From Ramazzottius varieornatus (Eukaryota > Animalia > Tardigrada), in assembly GCA_001949185.1 (NCBI GenBank), contig BDGG01000010.1:877773-941772 (forward strand): a stretch of DNA of 64,000 nucleotides. Direction: 5' to 3'. The translations under genes and the position numbers were made by a program. Positions within the stretch are counted from its first letter, which is position 1. Each line of letters begins with the position of its first letter. A model generated the notes under the pieces. It did no database searches and had not been told where the DNA came from. It saw only the letters and a list, made by a program, of their open reading frames with translations. Positions 1-13,784 of this stretch are shown piece after piece.

Positions 1-647
1 TCAGCTTTCTGAGCGTCACTCAACCTCACCACAGCCGAAGCTGTACCTTGGAACTGGTTCGGCATGGTGTCGTTCGCGTACTGGTCTAAGACTTCCTCAT
101 CGGACAGCTTCTTCAGAATGGATTCCATCGAATCTTCCGTCCGGAAGTATTTGTAATCGTTGCTGCAAAACGAACAAACGTTAAAATCGATCCTTGAGAA
201 TGACTGGACGAGTTTACCTGTCGTAGTAGATGTTGCCGAGAACGGGGTCTTCCGTCATAAGGACTTTGGCGATGCCGTTGTTTCCGTCATGGTAGAGGAT
301 CGTTGGCAAAGAGAACTTTTTGGTCGAGCCATCAATCAACTCTTCTTGCGTATGTTCGCCAATCTCGTCCATGTCATCTACCTTCCGTTTGTGTCCACCG
401 TGCATGGAAAGACCATTGTCGTCTTCCCCTTCCGTCATGAGTCCCTGATCCTCTTCGGCACTGTGAAATTCAAGTTTTGAGCGGCTGACAACGGACCAAG
501 TAGGAGGAAGGCTAAAGAAGCAAGATTGTGTAGGAGTAAGAAATCTTACGGGGTTTCCGTTTCAGCAGATATCTCGCTTTCGGCGATGTGCTCGTCCTGC
601 ATCGAGTCCGCTTCGTTCATACGATCCAGCTCCACAGAATCCATCAT
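1..647 (-). CDS. Uncharacterised acidic protein, 5' part (spliced; runs off the window)
   Basis: ATG at 647 (MMDSVELDRMNEADSMQDEHIAESEISAETETP), a GTAAG donor, then an exon containing ORF 214..438 and a further open exon (NDYKYFRTEDSMESILKK...). No family recognised. Confidence 0.55.
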
Positions 648-1103
648 CTTCAGTTCGCTTGCGGATGAGGAGCAATTCTGCAGGGGAATTTTGCTGGACT
701 AAGGACAGTTTTTGATAGATTCCTACTGCAGCATCAAAAACTAGAGTCCTACTTGCACATGCCATGAAATGGAACGGTAGCGAACGATTTGATGGGAACG
801 TTCAACGTCCTACCCCTCTGTCGCGTGTTGCGGAATAACATCGGAATGAACCACGTGGTCCGTATCATGGTTCGATCGGTTCAAACTATTTACAATATTG
901 TCAATCAACGAGCATTGGAAATCAACTTGTCCAGATATTTGTGGTTCGTTGATTTTCTGGAAGAAGTCCTGTGACTCCTGTTGCCATTAGCTGTTGCCTC
1001 GTGTTGTTCTTTTTGAAAATTCATGTAGTCTTTCAGATGTTAAGTACGAAAAGAGGTACTCGTACTCCTAAGCCATTTCTGGATTCACCGAAGCGCGGTC
1101 AGG

Positions 1104-2890
1104 ATGTCGTTTAGCTTCGGAGCGACGGCGTTTGGCAGTCAACCCGCAACACAAACAGCTCTGCCTGCTTTCGGCTCATCTTTTGGAGGCTTCGGACAAC
1201 CAGCCGGAACAAGCCTTTTTGGTGGCCTGTCAAATACATCAATTGGGACTAAACCGTCAACGGGAAGTACAGGCTTCGGCGGTTTCTCTATGACTGCAGC
1301 CACCACTGCGCCGAGCTTCAACTTTCCCTCCACTACCACAACAAACGCTGCTCCGTCCAGCCAGCCCTCTGTCTTTGGAATAAGTACGACAACTCCGTCA
1401 AGCACCTATCACTTTCCCACGAAACCGTCGGAGCAACCGGGAACATCGTCTTCGGGCAGCAATGCTCAACAAACCGTTACTCCCGCGAAAGCGTACGTAT
1501 CTCATCAGCAGGCTCATGACGTCATGCTTCATACGTCATGCTTCATACGTCATGCTTCATACGTCATGCTTCATACGTCATGAGCCAGCTGATGAGAAAG
1601 CACTGTTCAACGCGCAGCTTAATCGGAATGTTTATGTCATGCGTGACCCAATCGGATAAACGGATTTGTTCCCGTATTTTCCGTTCTGCTGACAGTTTAT
1701 GTGCTTTTCTTTACAGTGGATCGACCGGATCGCGACCGAAAGACCAGATTATCCCGGAGCAGTTGGGTTCGGACATTTTTGATTTGGAGAAGCAGATTAA
1801 GAAATATCAGAAGATCCAAGAGGACGCATCCGAGTACTCTTTAGCTGACGCTGTGGCATGGAGTTCACAGATGGACGGCTTTGACGTGTCGGCGACGAAA
1901 GTCCGAAATCAGTTATCAGAAACATTCAATGTGATAGATCTCTTACGTCGGAATACGGCCAGACTTCGGTCGCATAACCTCTTGTTCAACCGGCTGGCCA
2001 GCAACCCGAATGCCTACTATTCCGTCGCATCGTCTGTTGAAGCGTAAGTATTCTCCTTTACGTAAAAATCCATTTCCAAGGAGTGAATTCCATGGTCTTC
2101 TCGCAGTACGCTCAACGCTTGATCTTGATCGTTTTTCAGGTATTTCATGGAAGTCCTCTCAGGGATAAGAACTGAACTGGAAATCTTTGAGGAAGAACTG
2201 CAGCATTTGGAGGACCTTCATCAAGACCTACTCCGTCCTAGTGATCGCTTCAGCACATTAGGTAAATTCCTCTTTACTCTAGATTATCAACCATACATGG
2301 AACTATCTTTTCCAGATGTACACGGAGCTTACATGTCGTTGTCCAAAATCGTGAACGGTGTCGCAGTTGCTGTGGACCAAGTAGGAAAAGTCGGCGAGGT
2401 ACAGTAACTACTGCTGCTTGCTAGCAGCATGAAGTTATCTTGACGGTGTGTTTGTTACTTCCAGGAGTTAAGGAGAGAATCTCAAGCCCTGAAAGGCGGC
2501 GCGACTCCCATTCCTGCTCCACACCAACCCGTCCTGGTTCAAGATGCCACACAGCTCTCATCAGCTCGTTCTCTTTTCAGCACGCAGCTAGGAAGTGGCA
2601 CACCGTCGTCCTCCATCTTCCAACACCACTACCCTTCAGCCTCCAAGTCGCCTCTGCTACAGCCGATGAGCCCTGGTCTGTCCGAAACGACTTCAATCTT
2701 ATTGAGACAGATAGAGAACGCTTTTTAAATATTTGCAGACTTGCAATCTTCCATGTTCAATCCAGCCATGCGCTCGCTCACCCGCATGGACAGTTCTTCG
2801 GGCATGTCGCCCACTGGAAACTCTTCTTCCCCCATGTCATCTCGTATGCATCAGCCACATTTCCTCAACGTGACTTCTCCTGGATTCTGA
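1104..2890 (+). CDS. NUP58: FG nucleoporin, Nup58/p45-like (about 6 exons)
   Basis: N-terminal FG-rich, S/T-rich region, then KDQIIPEQLGSDIFDLEKQIKKYQKIQED and YFMEVLSGIRTELEIFEEELQHLE, which resemble the Nup58 helical core. Canonical splice sites; TGA at 2888-2890. Confidence 0.75.
1500..1597. repeat. Intronic palindrome with an internal 14-bp tandem repeat
   Basis: Inverted arms TCTCATCAGCAGGCTCATGACGT and ACGTCATGAGCCAGCTGATGAGA (1 mismatch) enclose about 4.6 copies of ACGTCATGCTTCAT. Confidence 0.9.
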
Positions 2891-3202
2891 GCGAACTATT
2901 ACATATTTCTTCATGCATCTAGATTTTTTGAGAATTTTTTATCGAATGTTTCTCTGTGATTTTGATCACATTCTGTGTATTTTATCTATATCAGTGCACT
3001 CTGTAGTCCTTTACGGAGCGATAAAAACATCTTCTCTTTGAGATTCTCGGTCATCCAGAAGCTGCATATTGCAAAGGCTACCGGGCTTATTCATACAACG
3101 GAGAAAATCTAACAACGAAACAAACCAACAAAGATGAAGATAAAAATTGCGAAGTGAAAACATTTTCCTGGGCGTACTTTGACGAGCTCGTTCTGAATTT
3201 AT

Positions 3203-6200
3203 CTACAGTATGTAAGGACTACGTGTTGCTTCTGGAGCGGGCTCGAATACTAGTTCTTCTTCCTCCATTTGGGAAAATGCATTGGTTATGTCTCTGTCGG
3301 TGAACTCTCCAGGTTGTGACAGTGGCTTCTCTAAGGGGAAATCTTCCAAGGGCAGGGCGAAGGCGAAAAAGGCGGAGCAGACAGAAAGTATTCCGAGCAC
3401 GAGGAAGGCTATCTGATGATCGAACCTTGCCTGAAAGAAGAAAAGAGTCTTCATCCGAACGCATGACGAAGTATAGAGAATGTCTAGACGAACCATGTGA
3501 ACGAATATCGATCCAAAAATGGCTCCGATCATGGCAGTTGACGAAATGAAGCCAAATGCGGAATTCTGCACCGCCAACGGCACTACTCTGAAGAACATCT
3601 CCAAGAGTAGACCGTTGCACATGCCGATACCCACTCGGCCGAGAAGGAGCAAGGCTGTACGAGTAACTTCCACGGTGGAACTTCGGTCTGAAGATATTCG
3701 AAAAATACATAAATTAATATTTGAAGCATCGGCAGATGGGTTGATCATGATCGTTTTCCCACGCGGCGCACCTTTACGGCTGATAACAAGAACAATGTGC
3801 GCCACTTCAGCTAACGAACGCGTTCAATTGGGCTTTCGGAAAATGGGACGAAGGGCTTACCGAATCCACCCGGGATTAACCCGCTAGTCAGGCATAAAAG
3901 GCCTCCCATGAATACTCCAACGAACAATATTCTTGACAGCGCCATTTTGCGTATGAGAAAGAGCCCGCCTAATGTAGCGATGATTTCGAGAAAGCCACTG
4001 ATCACCACATTGACGTACGGACTACCTCCCATGTGCATTATCGACAGCAGTACTCCGTAATTGACTGCATTGCAAATCACCCTTTCAAAAAAGAAACCAT
4101 TATTGCACTGTAAGGTTGTGTTCATTACACCGGAGAATTACAGCCAATATCAAATACGTACGTCATTCCCATGAAAGCTATGAAGGGTCGTGCCGTGCTC
4201 TTTTCCCTCAGAAGTATCCTCCAGGATTCGTCTTGGTGTCTAGCTTGTGCCAGCTGGATACTCGCACTCGCAATGGAACCTTCGATACCTGAACAGAAAA
4301 AGTACAAACTGTTGGCAAGAAGTAAAAAGATATCTAGAAGCCCGGTAAACGAACTCTGTGCAGTCGCTATTTCAAACGGCGCATGATGTGTAATTACTGG
4401 CTGAGACAGTGCGCTACTTAGGTTGACGATCATCTCATGTTGGTTTGCCGGGCTCCCGTTTCAGTCAGAACATCTATATGAAATTTTACCGGCTGGAACG
4501 AAATGTCGGTTCTTCGACAAGATCTTGTAGAAAACTTGTTGGGCTTGTAATGTCTGCGAGCTACTTAGCAGCCACTTCAGGGACTCTGGGACCGTCCACT
4601 GGTACAGCATGCCGACTAGTCCGAAGAAGATGAGGATATAGAGGATGAACCGCCAGTCTTGGACGATGTAGGCCTGGATGCCGAGGACGACGAGCCCGAA
4701 GCCGGACGCTAAAGAGGCAATGCCCACCACACCCAGACGTTGTTCTGAAGGCAACAGGTCGAACATGAGGCGTATGCATGAATAGCGGATACCCTGCAAT
4801 AACGACATACATGGCGTAAAATAGCAGACGAAAACGGCGAATTATACCCCTGCGCAAACAAATGAAAGTTCAGATCAGTCAGCGTAAGGTAAACAGAAGC
4901 GTGTGTGGCAGCTAAACTTTCACGTGAAATACAGCCACATCAGGACTCAGTGCGACAGCCACTCCAGTTTGACGGGTAGCCTTGCGTAACAGCATTCCCC
5001 AATCAACCAGCGCACAAATACTGCATTCTACACCGTGTTATGCGTCATTTGATCCGGGAGAACTTGTCCCTGTCTCCCATCAACCTACATACACCACTGC
5101 CTGCACATCTTGTATCGTGAAGGTATGCAGGTGGACGCGACTAGAGTTTTCTTGGAGAACTCTTGATATCGAAGCATGGTTGGGGCAGCTCGCTTCATGG
5201 TAAAGTAACGCGTCAATCAGAGCGGTAAAACTTATCTGACAGTGAAGTTAATTTGGGACTCGATAGTCGATGAGCGGACTTACATGCGAGAAGACTCCGA
5301 GAAGGAATCGCATGAGGACGAAGAGCCAGAAGGCCTTCTCGAACCCGAAGGCCACAGCGATGAAGATGGAGAGGAGGAACCATACCCACAAGTTAGACTT
5401 GTACCCGAGTCGCTTGGTCAAGAGATCAAAGACGAGTGTACCAACAAGTGCACCTATTCAACCAAGCAAATACTGGCAGACATATTCAAAGTTCAAAATC
5501 GATAAGAGGAGATAAACACGGGCCATTTATGTGATTATGGCCAAAAGCCACTTACCGGTAAAATACACCACCAACGACAAGGTAAACAGCCAGTATGCTT
5601 CGCATGACAAATTCCACTGCAAAAAGAGGAACAGAAAACGTCAAGGTTAGACACACACTGATGAATTTTATAAGCAACTTCGTTTCCATGTACAGTAACC
5701 CTTTTTCCATATTCAACTTCCGATCTGAAATCTCTCATTGCATTTTGATCTAACTTCACCAAAGATTTTCTCGAAGTCGAACCTCAAATATGGAAGCTAC
5801 ACCACGCACAAGAAAATCTTCTGATTTGGGACTGTTAGTAAATTCGAAGAACCAGCTGCGTTGATTTGGGGAAACAGGTCTTCAAAAATTGGCATAATAA
5901 ACTGAAAACTATTCCTGGATGTTCAGCGGAAAAAAATCACGTTTCGGATGGGCAGTTTGACGATTCGTTGTTACTTTCGAGAATAGATAAAAAATGTATC
6001 ACCTGTGCAATAACGCTCCATTCTCGCGAGTAGGTGAACTTATGGATTACTTCATAGTCACAGGGCCATCCTTGACAGTATGATTGCGGATCGGAGTCAT
6101 TGAGGGTGCCATGTCGCGGAGCAATCCGGCAATATTGCTCATCCATTTCAGCGTACACAAACTCTGTATCTTCATGAATGGGAACAGAGGCGTTAAAATG

Positions 6201-6518
6201 CGCAATGCACTGCGGGACGAGACCACCCTGCGCCACATGTTCGGGGATCTTGCACACGGTGCTCTTCGGAGCAGTAGCGTAGAAAATGGGAGAATAATCG
6301 GTGACTGCTACTGACACTATACTGAAGCCTAAAAGGAAAAGTAGCGTGACTTGGTAACGTCCAGGAGCGCCGAGAATACGGAGGAGAAGGTTGTAGGAAG
6401 ATTCCGACTGGCGGAAGATGTTTGAGGAGGACTCTGACGATGACGTCTTCCGTCCAGTGGCCAGCTCTCGAACCGGCAAAGAATCCACTTCATTCACTTC
6501 GGAGCTCAGCAAAGTCAT
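3203..6518 (-). CDS. SLC22-family organic cation/anion transporter (MFS), multi-exon
   Basis: ILGAPGRYQ before TM1, a Cys-containing loop ending SVIAQ/WNLSC, the VPESLKWLL motif, and several TM exons (e.g. GALVGTLVFDLLTKRLGYK; EMFFRVVP...QNSAFG). Confidence 0.85.
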
Positions 6519-8170
6519 TCTTCCAGAGGTGGTTAACTTCAACTTGGAGGTTCCAACTCGACTTGGAAGAGTAGTCCACCGTTAAAACAAGCTCCTGTAA
6601 GATAAGAAAGACTCATGTAAGACTTGCGATAACGATTTTGACTCTACTGTGTTGCTACAATGTCATCTTAAAAGTATGAAAGCATACTGCAATGCGTCAA
6701 ATGTGATCGAGTCTAGCAAGAATCGACTAAATGAATACCGACGTTACTCACCAACGAAGTAACCTGCCTGTACCGCCGCGCCTTTGCGATCGTACCTCGT
6801 CTATAAACTGACGAAGTGCTCCACTCTTGCTTGCTTGCGCGATCGTCCCTTCCCCACACAGCAACACGTACTGCCTCAAGCTCTCCTTCTCCGTAATTTC
6901 AAACCGGTTTGCAAAATCGATTTTCCACCTGCGCTGACTCAACTTGTCTCTGAGTCAAGCCTGCAAAGAGATGCATATTTAATGTAGCGGAGAAATGTAA
7001 AGCTACTGAGGTGCATCGAGCAGAACATGGGGACGGAGAGGCGTTCTTCCGCTTCCGTTTATTCGGGACAATCAAGACCGCGTATATGCAAAAACAGGCC
7101 TCGTTAACTCTACCCCGTCGTGCAAAGCTTATCTTACATACTGATAAGCCTGTGAGTTGAGACACTTCAGTGACTCGCAGATGGGTCGTTGCGCACGATC
7201 TTGTTGAATTAGTCCGAGCAAACTACTGCAGTTAGCCTTTTCTCGTAGTCCTTCTTCGCCTGCAACGCGGTACTATGGACTTCGGGGAGCTGCAGGTGTC
7301 CACCTAAGACTGTTACCAGAACAATGAGCTCTGCCATAAATAGTTTGTGTTCCTGACTGGATTGCTGCATCTAGTGGGAAAATAGTGATATTGAAACAGT
7401 AAATAAATGGAACTGATCACTTACAAAGAATGGACGAAGCCAAAATCCGTGTGACCGACAGTGCCGGCGTTCCTCCTCTTCAGAATCCCTTCAAGTGGTA
7501 GTCGGAACATCTATGTAGAGACCGCTTGCACACAAGAGAGCCGTCTGATTCCTCCTAGAACCTCCAAAACATCGGAAAAACTAACCATTATTTTGAATGA
7601 CCTAAATCACTCGGACGTGTTGTTTACATGACGTGATGAATCCTTTCCGGTCGTCTCCCGCCCAATCTTGATTGATAGCGCAGCCATCAGGCATCACCAT
7701 CTTGTACCATCGGCCGAAAGCATCCAATAAACCATTCAAACAGCACGCTGCTCAATCGTCTCAACGTATCTAATATAAACTGGTGTTCGGGAGGTAAACA
7801 GGTCCCGAACGTAAGACCGAAACTCGCTATGTCTATGCTTACCTGGCATATTAACCAGTTTTGGCAAGTCATACGGAGTCGAGGGATCTGTTCACTTCCC
7901 GAACACTACGAGTCATAACAGTTCGCACGATCAAATCAACCGCATTAATTAACGTTCGAAACTTCAAGCCCAGTCTAGATCTGGACGTGTTCTTTTGCTT
8001 CGGATACTTCGTCTAGGTTGCGTTGCAGCTCGTTCAGCGCATCGGACAACGGCCAGCGAGGAGGAACAGCAGCAGATGAAGCGGTAACGCGATGGCCTCA
8101 GCTTTCCCGGTCAGTATAAAACTCCACCTCTCCCATGCGTGCAGCACCTCACCTTTCCTCGACTTTGTAG

Positions 8171-10711
8171 GCACGACATCCTCTCATCCCAACAGGCAGC
8201 AAACGTCGTGCAGTTGCCCTTGACATTGAGAACATTTCCGGCGTCATTCCACAGTCTCCACGCAAGCTTAAGACTGCCACGCTGTCCGGACTCACCGCAA
8301 GACACCCTCTCCTAGCCACGCAAGCCTCTTTCGCCTTTGCACGAGAACGAGTGATATGCTCCACACGGATTCTTCTGAAGCGTAACTTGTCTTACAGTCT
8401 AACGCACCGTCATCTCAGAGAACCAGCCGAACAAGATCTGTTCCCGTTCGATAGCGTGTTCGAATCGAAGCGACATCGCCTGGACTGCATCATCGAATAC
8501 CTCAAGGGAAAATTACTGGCGGCTCGACTAAAAGCAAAACAAATTTCTGGTAAGTGAAATGCCTGTCGAGAGTATACGAGTTACCTCAGAACTGTTATTT
8601 GCACATGTCAGAATTTTGCCCACATATTGATGTATGGTTTTAGCTGAATATTTTAGGTTGATTCTCCAAGTGGCGCACATTTTCAGCCTTCGACCTCGGG
8701 AGCTTGCGCCACTTTGAATACCGATTTTGACATTTTCATCCCGGTTGTTTTTTAATTCGTATTCTTTTTGCATTACAGAAGAAAAGGACGAACGGGTCTA
8801 CAGTCCAAAGCACTATCCTAGAAGATTCCAACCTGTCCCTGTGAACTTCTCTCCAGTTTTCGTGAAGCTCAGGATGCCGTTTGAAGACGTACCTAAGAAC
8901 ACCGTAGTCCAAATCTCCCTTCAAGTCGCTGTGCTAAAAGGCGCCAGAACAATTTCACCACGAGCAGACAAGGCCGCGGCGAAGCGTTCCAAGAAACTCT
9001 ACGGGTTCATAAGCGAGAACAGCTCCGTCCACTTTCAGGATGGAGAGTCTCTGCGATTGCCCCACTGGACCCCGGAAGATCGCGTGGTGATACGGATAGC
9101 GAGTGAACCTCCGGTCTTTCCTGCCTCTTACGCGGTCTGCAGAGATGTTCGTCCGGCTGACCAGGACTGGTCGGTCTGTCGAGCGAACCACTTCAAGATC
9201 TCCGCTTCGGTCGTGTCCTCGCCTTTGACGGAGTATTCCGGTCGGTTCCTCCACGAATCTTCTCCTGACAAAACTGACTTTGAATACGCCCTGATTTACC
9301 CTCTAGGAAACAACTTGCAGGTTGAGGAAACCCGAAAACAGTTTGAGATAAGGCTTTCCGTAGAATTTCCGTTTTTGTAGAATAATTTGAATTTGTGTAT
9401 GCAGGTCTGTGAGATGGTTCTTTTGAAGCGGCCGCAGCCTCTTCACGATGGCATTTGCTGTACTTTCTGTCGGATGGAATGCGACAGTGTCACTAGCCTT
9501 CTTCGGCACCTCGAAGGGATCCATATCGGTGTGGGTTTCGAATTCGACGAAAGTTTGTCGAGGTTATACGTCTGGCTGGCTCCCGATAACACGGTGAAAC
9601 GGAGACCCGTCGACGGCTTTGTGGAGTTCAACCCCTACGTCGTTGTCCGCAGTCGGAACACGCGGACTCTTCGGACGGCTTTCAAGATCAAAAATCCATT
9701 TTTTGCTTTCACAGATTCCAGGGAAAGACTGGTGTTGTACTGGGCGTCCAGAAGATACACCAGTCGACCACAGAAAGGTACGTAGGAAGTTCATTCGGTG
9801 TACCGGTTAGCCTGTCTGAGTTAAAAGTTGAAGGCTAATTCGTGCGAGCCTGCTTTTTCAAGGTCTTCTCTAACCCTTGGTCGCACAACCATCTTCACCA
9901 GCAGTGTAAGACCTTCCGAGCACAGTAAGAGGGTCTGGGACAACTTTCGAGGACCACGGAAAAACTTGTGCGAAGTTCACTCGTGAGGAACTGATCGCGA
10001 CGTCGGCATACGAAGTTACGAACTGAGCAAGATCGTTATCTCAAGTGACGCGCACGTTCCTATTGTTATTGACTGAAAGTGTGCGCCAGTGGGGAAAATC
10101 ATCAGGTTCAGCTCTTTTTCTACGAGACACTTATCAAGGCCGTGCTCGGCACAGACTTTACACTCAAGTTGAAAAAAGGCAGAATCAAAGAGTCCAGTCA
10201 GCGCCCAAAACTCGGCCTACAATTGCGTACGGTATCTAAGAGTGGCCTTCTCTTTCCAGATTCTCTGCCTCGTTTCAACCTCCGCAACGTTCTGCGAGTA
10301 TACGGGGTCCCCGTCAAGACGACGCAGAACTTTGCTCAGATGCCAGGTGCGCAGCTGTGTCGGCCCGACTGGCAGAATCTGGTGGAGTACGACGCCGAGG
10401 AAGATTTCCACGCGGACCTAGACGACGAGATCGAGCGGCGCATCCACCGTCTCACCTACTGCACCTTGCAAGAACAACAGTTTATGGTGCTGTGGAATCG
10501 ATTCATCGGACCGCAACTGAGGATTCTACCCATGCATATTCGCGACGTCCTGACTCAGTTCATCCAGCGTCACGCCAAAGATGTCGAGGCCCAGGGATCT
10601 TTCCCGGTCCTCGTCGCTCACATCGGGGTCCTCCGCCGACGGAAGATCTTGAAAGCCAAAGATGTAGCTGTGTTTGTCCGAGTCTTCCGTAGAGCCGTTT
10701 TACAAGGCTGA
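8171..10711 (+). CDS. SUZ12: SUZ12-like Polycomb (VEFS-box) protein, divergent; 5' end unresolved
   Basis: ILLKRNLSY (ZnB-like), C2H2 finger CTFCRMECDSVTSLLRHLEGIH, and C-terminal VEFS-like EQQFMVLWNRFI...FIQRHA, in SUZ12 domain order. Confidence 0.7.
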
Positions 10712-11415
10712 TATTGCTTCCTGGGAATGGATTAATTTGGTGATGGGGTGTGAAGGTTTCGAGACACTTTGAGCTCTTGCATCTTTTTGTTTAACGTAAG
10801 CTGACACGTCTGATCTAGAGGGCGCCCTGGCGGCTCTGCCTCTGTCGCTGCTTGGGATGTTACCTGACGTTGATGTGGATGTAGGGTACGTACAATCAAT
10901 GAAGTTGAATGAACTGAGCATCGAAGCTGCTCGATCAGCTCATTCTTCATTCACGACGTCAGGCGTACGTAGTTTCGCTGAAGAGGTACGTGAATGATAC
11001 AGTCGTACTCTGCAGTATTTGGGTTTCTACCCAAGTTAGTGCGAAGAACTCCGCTTGATCGTTTCGCTTGAGCTGGTGTGAATACGTTGAATGGTTTGCC
11101 TGATTTGCGAGTCTATGTTTTATTTTGTCTGAGCTACGAAAAAGGTTCTTAGGGGCAGAACTAACGGGAGATCACGGAGGACTGGCCCATCGTCTGGAAA
11201 GATGCACATGGAAGGAGTTTTCCCAGATGGTAATCTTCTAGGTGAGAGCTCGGCTAGAATAATAATATATTTCCGGTGTACCAATGTTTTAAATTCGGGG
11301 ATGAGAGAGATTTACCTTTATTGAAAAAGAAACCGCCACCGTGTAGGTGGTAGCTTTTCGACTCGGTAGCAAGAGAATTAACACTTCATGAACATCCTGT
11401 ACGAGGTAAACGACA

Positions 11416-11484
11416 TAATTCGGGCATAGGGGTTTTTCACTCGTAATTCGGGCATAGGGGTTTTTCACTCGTAATTCGGGCATA
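11416..11484. repeat. 28-bp tandem repeat, about 2.5 copies
   Basis: TAATTCGGGCATAGGGGTTTTTCACTCG starts at 11416, 11444 and 11472. Confidence 0.9.
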
Positions 11485-11680
11485 TTTTTCCCAGCTCTTG
11501 CTGCTCGTAATGAACCGCTTCGAGTTTCCTGAGGTAGACTGATCCCTCTCCTCGAGTTTTCAATAGGTTTGAGAACAGGAAAGCGTTGCAGATTACGGGA
11601 ATTTGGCCTGGAATAGAGATGGGTCTGTCCAATGTTAAAAAGCCTAATGTTGTATCAACACACGTACGATGAGGGATGAA

Positions 11681-12222
11681 TCAAGCGTTGAAGGTAATGT
11701 TCAAACCGTTCGCTTTGCCCGAATTATGGTGCGAAAATCGGTATACCCGAATCATGTCGTTTACCTCGTACATGGAATGAGAAAGATTCAGAATAAGGCT
11801 AACAATCTCATTTATAGACGATTGATTGATACCAAGAGAACGTAACAACGATAAGCCAACCTTCGAAATCACACCACGTGCGCCAAACCATAATCCATGT
11901 ACAAAAACCTCTTGAAAGCCTTCCGCTCGCAATTCATCACTTGTTCCGCTGCACTTCCTTTCCTTTTCCTCATTCTGGGCACGAATATCTGTTACCGTTG
12001 TTTCCATCCGAATCGTTGGGTCGATGATCCAGGCTTTCGTCTTGTCCTTCATCCTTATGATCAGGTCCGGTTTGAGTCCTTCTGTCGTTCTTTCCTCCAC
12101 AGTCACTTCCCACTTGTCTTCCTTCCGCAGTTCTCCCGTACTGAATTTCACGACTTCATCGTGCCTGTAACTTCTCATGTCCTTGACTTGTTCACACTGG
12201 CCCCAGATGTGCGACAACGATA
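11681..12222 (-). mobile_element. 5'-truncated non-LTR retrotransposon fragment encoding a restriction-like endonuclease (R2/NeSL/R4-type)
   Basis: LSHIWGQC (end of CCHC knuckle), RHDEVV, LKPDLII, IIDPTI, KERK and FGARG motifs in order. No RT domain present. Confidence 0.85.
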
Positions 12223-13784
12223 TGTATATATGACAATATAATATGATATATAATTTGACACTATGTATTATTTCTATCTTCAAAATTGAACGAAATTACG
12301 GGACTGCCGTTTTCAATACCCATTGCTCCACTCAGTCTCGCTCCACTGCTGTCCATACCGGAACACCTGATTATCATCTTCGCGCTTCGAACAATAAGCT
12401 GAATTACGTCAGAAAGGTCGACTTATCGATGATGAGTCACAATTACGATAGCCTACCGTGTAATTACTGTGTCCTTGCTTATAATGATCGATCCTCAACA
12501 GGTTCACAGTTTATACTCATGGCGCGTACTAACCTACGTGCTAGGTGTAGTACGTGCTTCCACATAGCTAAATTCAACGGATTAACTTAAAACGTAACAT
12601 CGGAAGTTTACATATTAAACTAGTGAAACTGATTTTTCTGCGTGCATGCATCTCATAAAAGAGTTCAAGTTAAATTTTACAAAATAAAAAAGATCATCGG
12701 CTCGGCTCTTACATTGCGGGACTAAAAGGTAGTTGATCACTGCAGGGGACTGAACTGCGGACTGCGAAATTTATGTTACGGCTCCTTAAAACAGTCCCAG
12801 GCGAAGCGTCCAGGCGTTTTAGAGTTTTATTAGGGATTTCTCTCTGTGGGCTCGCCACTGCACGTTTTTGAGTGGTGAAATTTCGATCTAATTTAGAGTC
12901 GATTTGAACTTCCGCTTTTGGGGATTGCCGTGTGGTCGCGGTGTTTCCGCCGAATGGCAACCTTCAAGGCGGAAAATCCCAGTGAATGGCGATGATGAAG
13001 CGCGTCTTAATGTACGAGTACGGATACGTCACGAAGCTGTACGCCAAAAGTGGGCGCGATCCATTCGCTTCAATAACGCACTTTGCCAGAGTTAACTCGA
13101 TGTCTCTGCGCTGCTTGAGAGCGGACCAATGGCGAGTACAGATACTGCCTGAAATCTACACTATGTCATTGGTCGTTTCTCTAGCTGCGCAAACTCTGTA
13201 TAGGTACCTGCGAATAGTGCGTTAATTTGTCGAACTGATGGTTTCTTCAACGCTTCCTTTGAAATGACGGACGAGATGACGTTTGACGCAAACGAACGCT
13301 GAGCTCACAGAGAGACCTCCCACTTTGCCGTCGGGAAAAACAGTTCAACCAGCGATCGCTCCATTCCAAAAAAGATCTTTCGTTTTCCATTCATATTACG
13401 TACCGAAGTTTCCATGCTCTTGCAGAAAAGATTACCGTTGTTTAAAATGAACATTAGTCTAAGTAGATTTGACCTACCAATTCGCTGCAGAACTGCCAAA
13501 ATACCCATTGTTTATATTCGCTACTTTCTACTGCTGTTGGGTTAATACAGCTTTGGTGCCCTTCGTGCGCCCCTTCCATCAAAACTGTGATCATCCTTTG
13601 CTCCAAAGTGGGTTCTGAGCGTAACTTAATACGTTCTTGGGAAGGAGCCACATGATGATAATTATTTGTCGTATTTTTTTCAGAATTTTCTGACAGTATT
13701 TTCTAGCGGATACAGCACTCAACGTGGCCAAATACCCAAGGATCTCACCTGATGGTGGACATCAGAATACCTTTGGCGTATAAG

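Noticed and set aside
5242-5505. Acidic plus-strand ORF
   Set aside because: It is the antisense shadow of a hydrophobic SLC22 exon.
12986-13225. 79-aa ORF MAMMKRVLMYEYG...
   Set aside because: No recognisable motif or splice support; cannot be told from a chance ORF.
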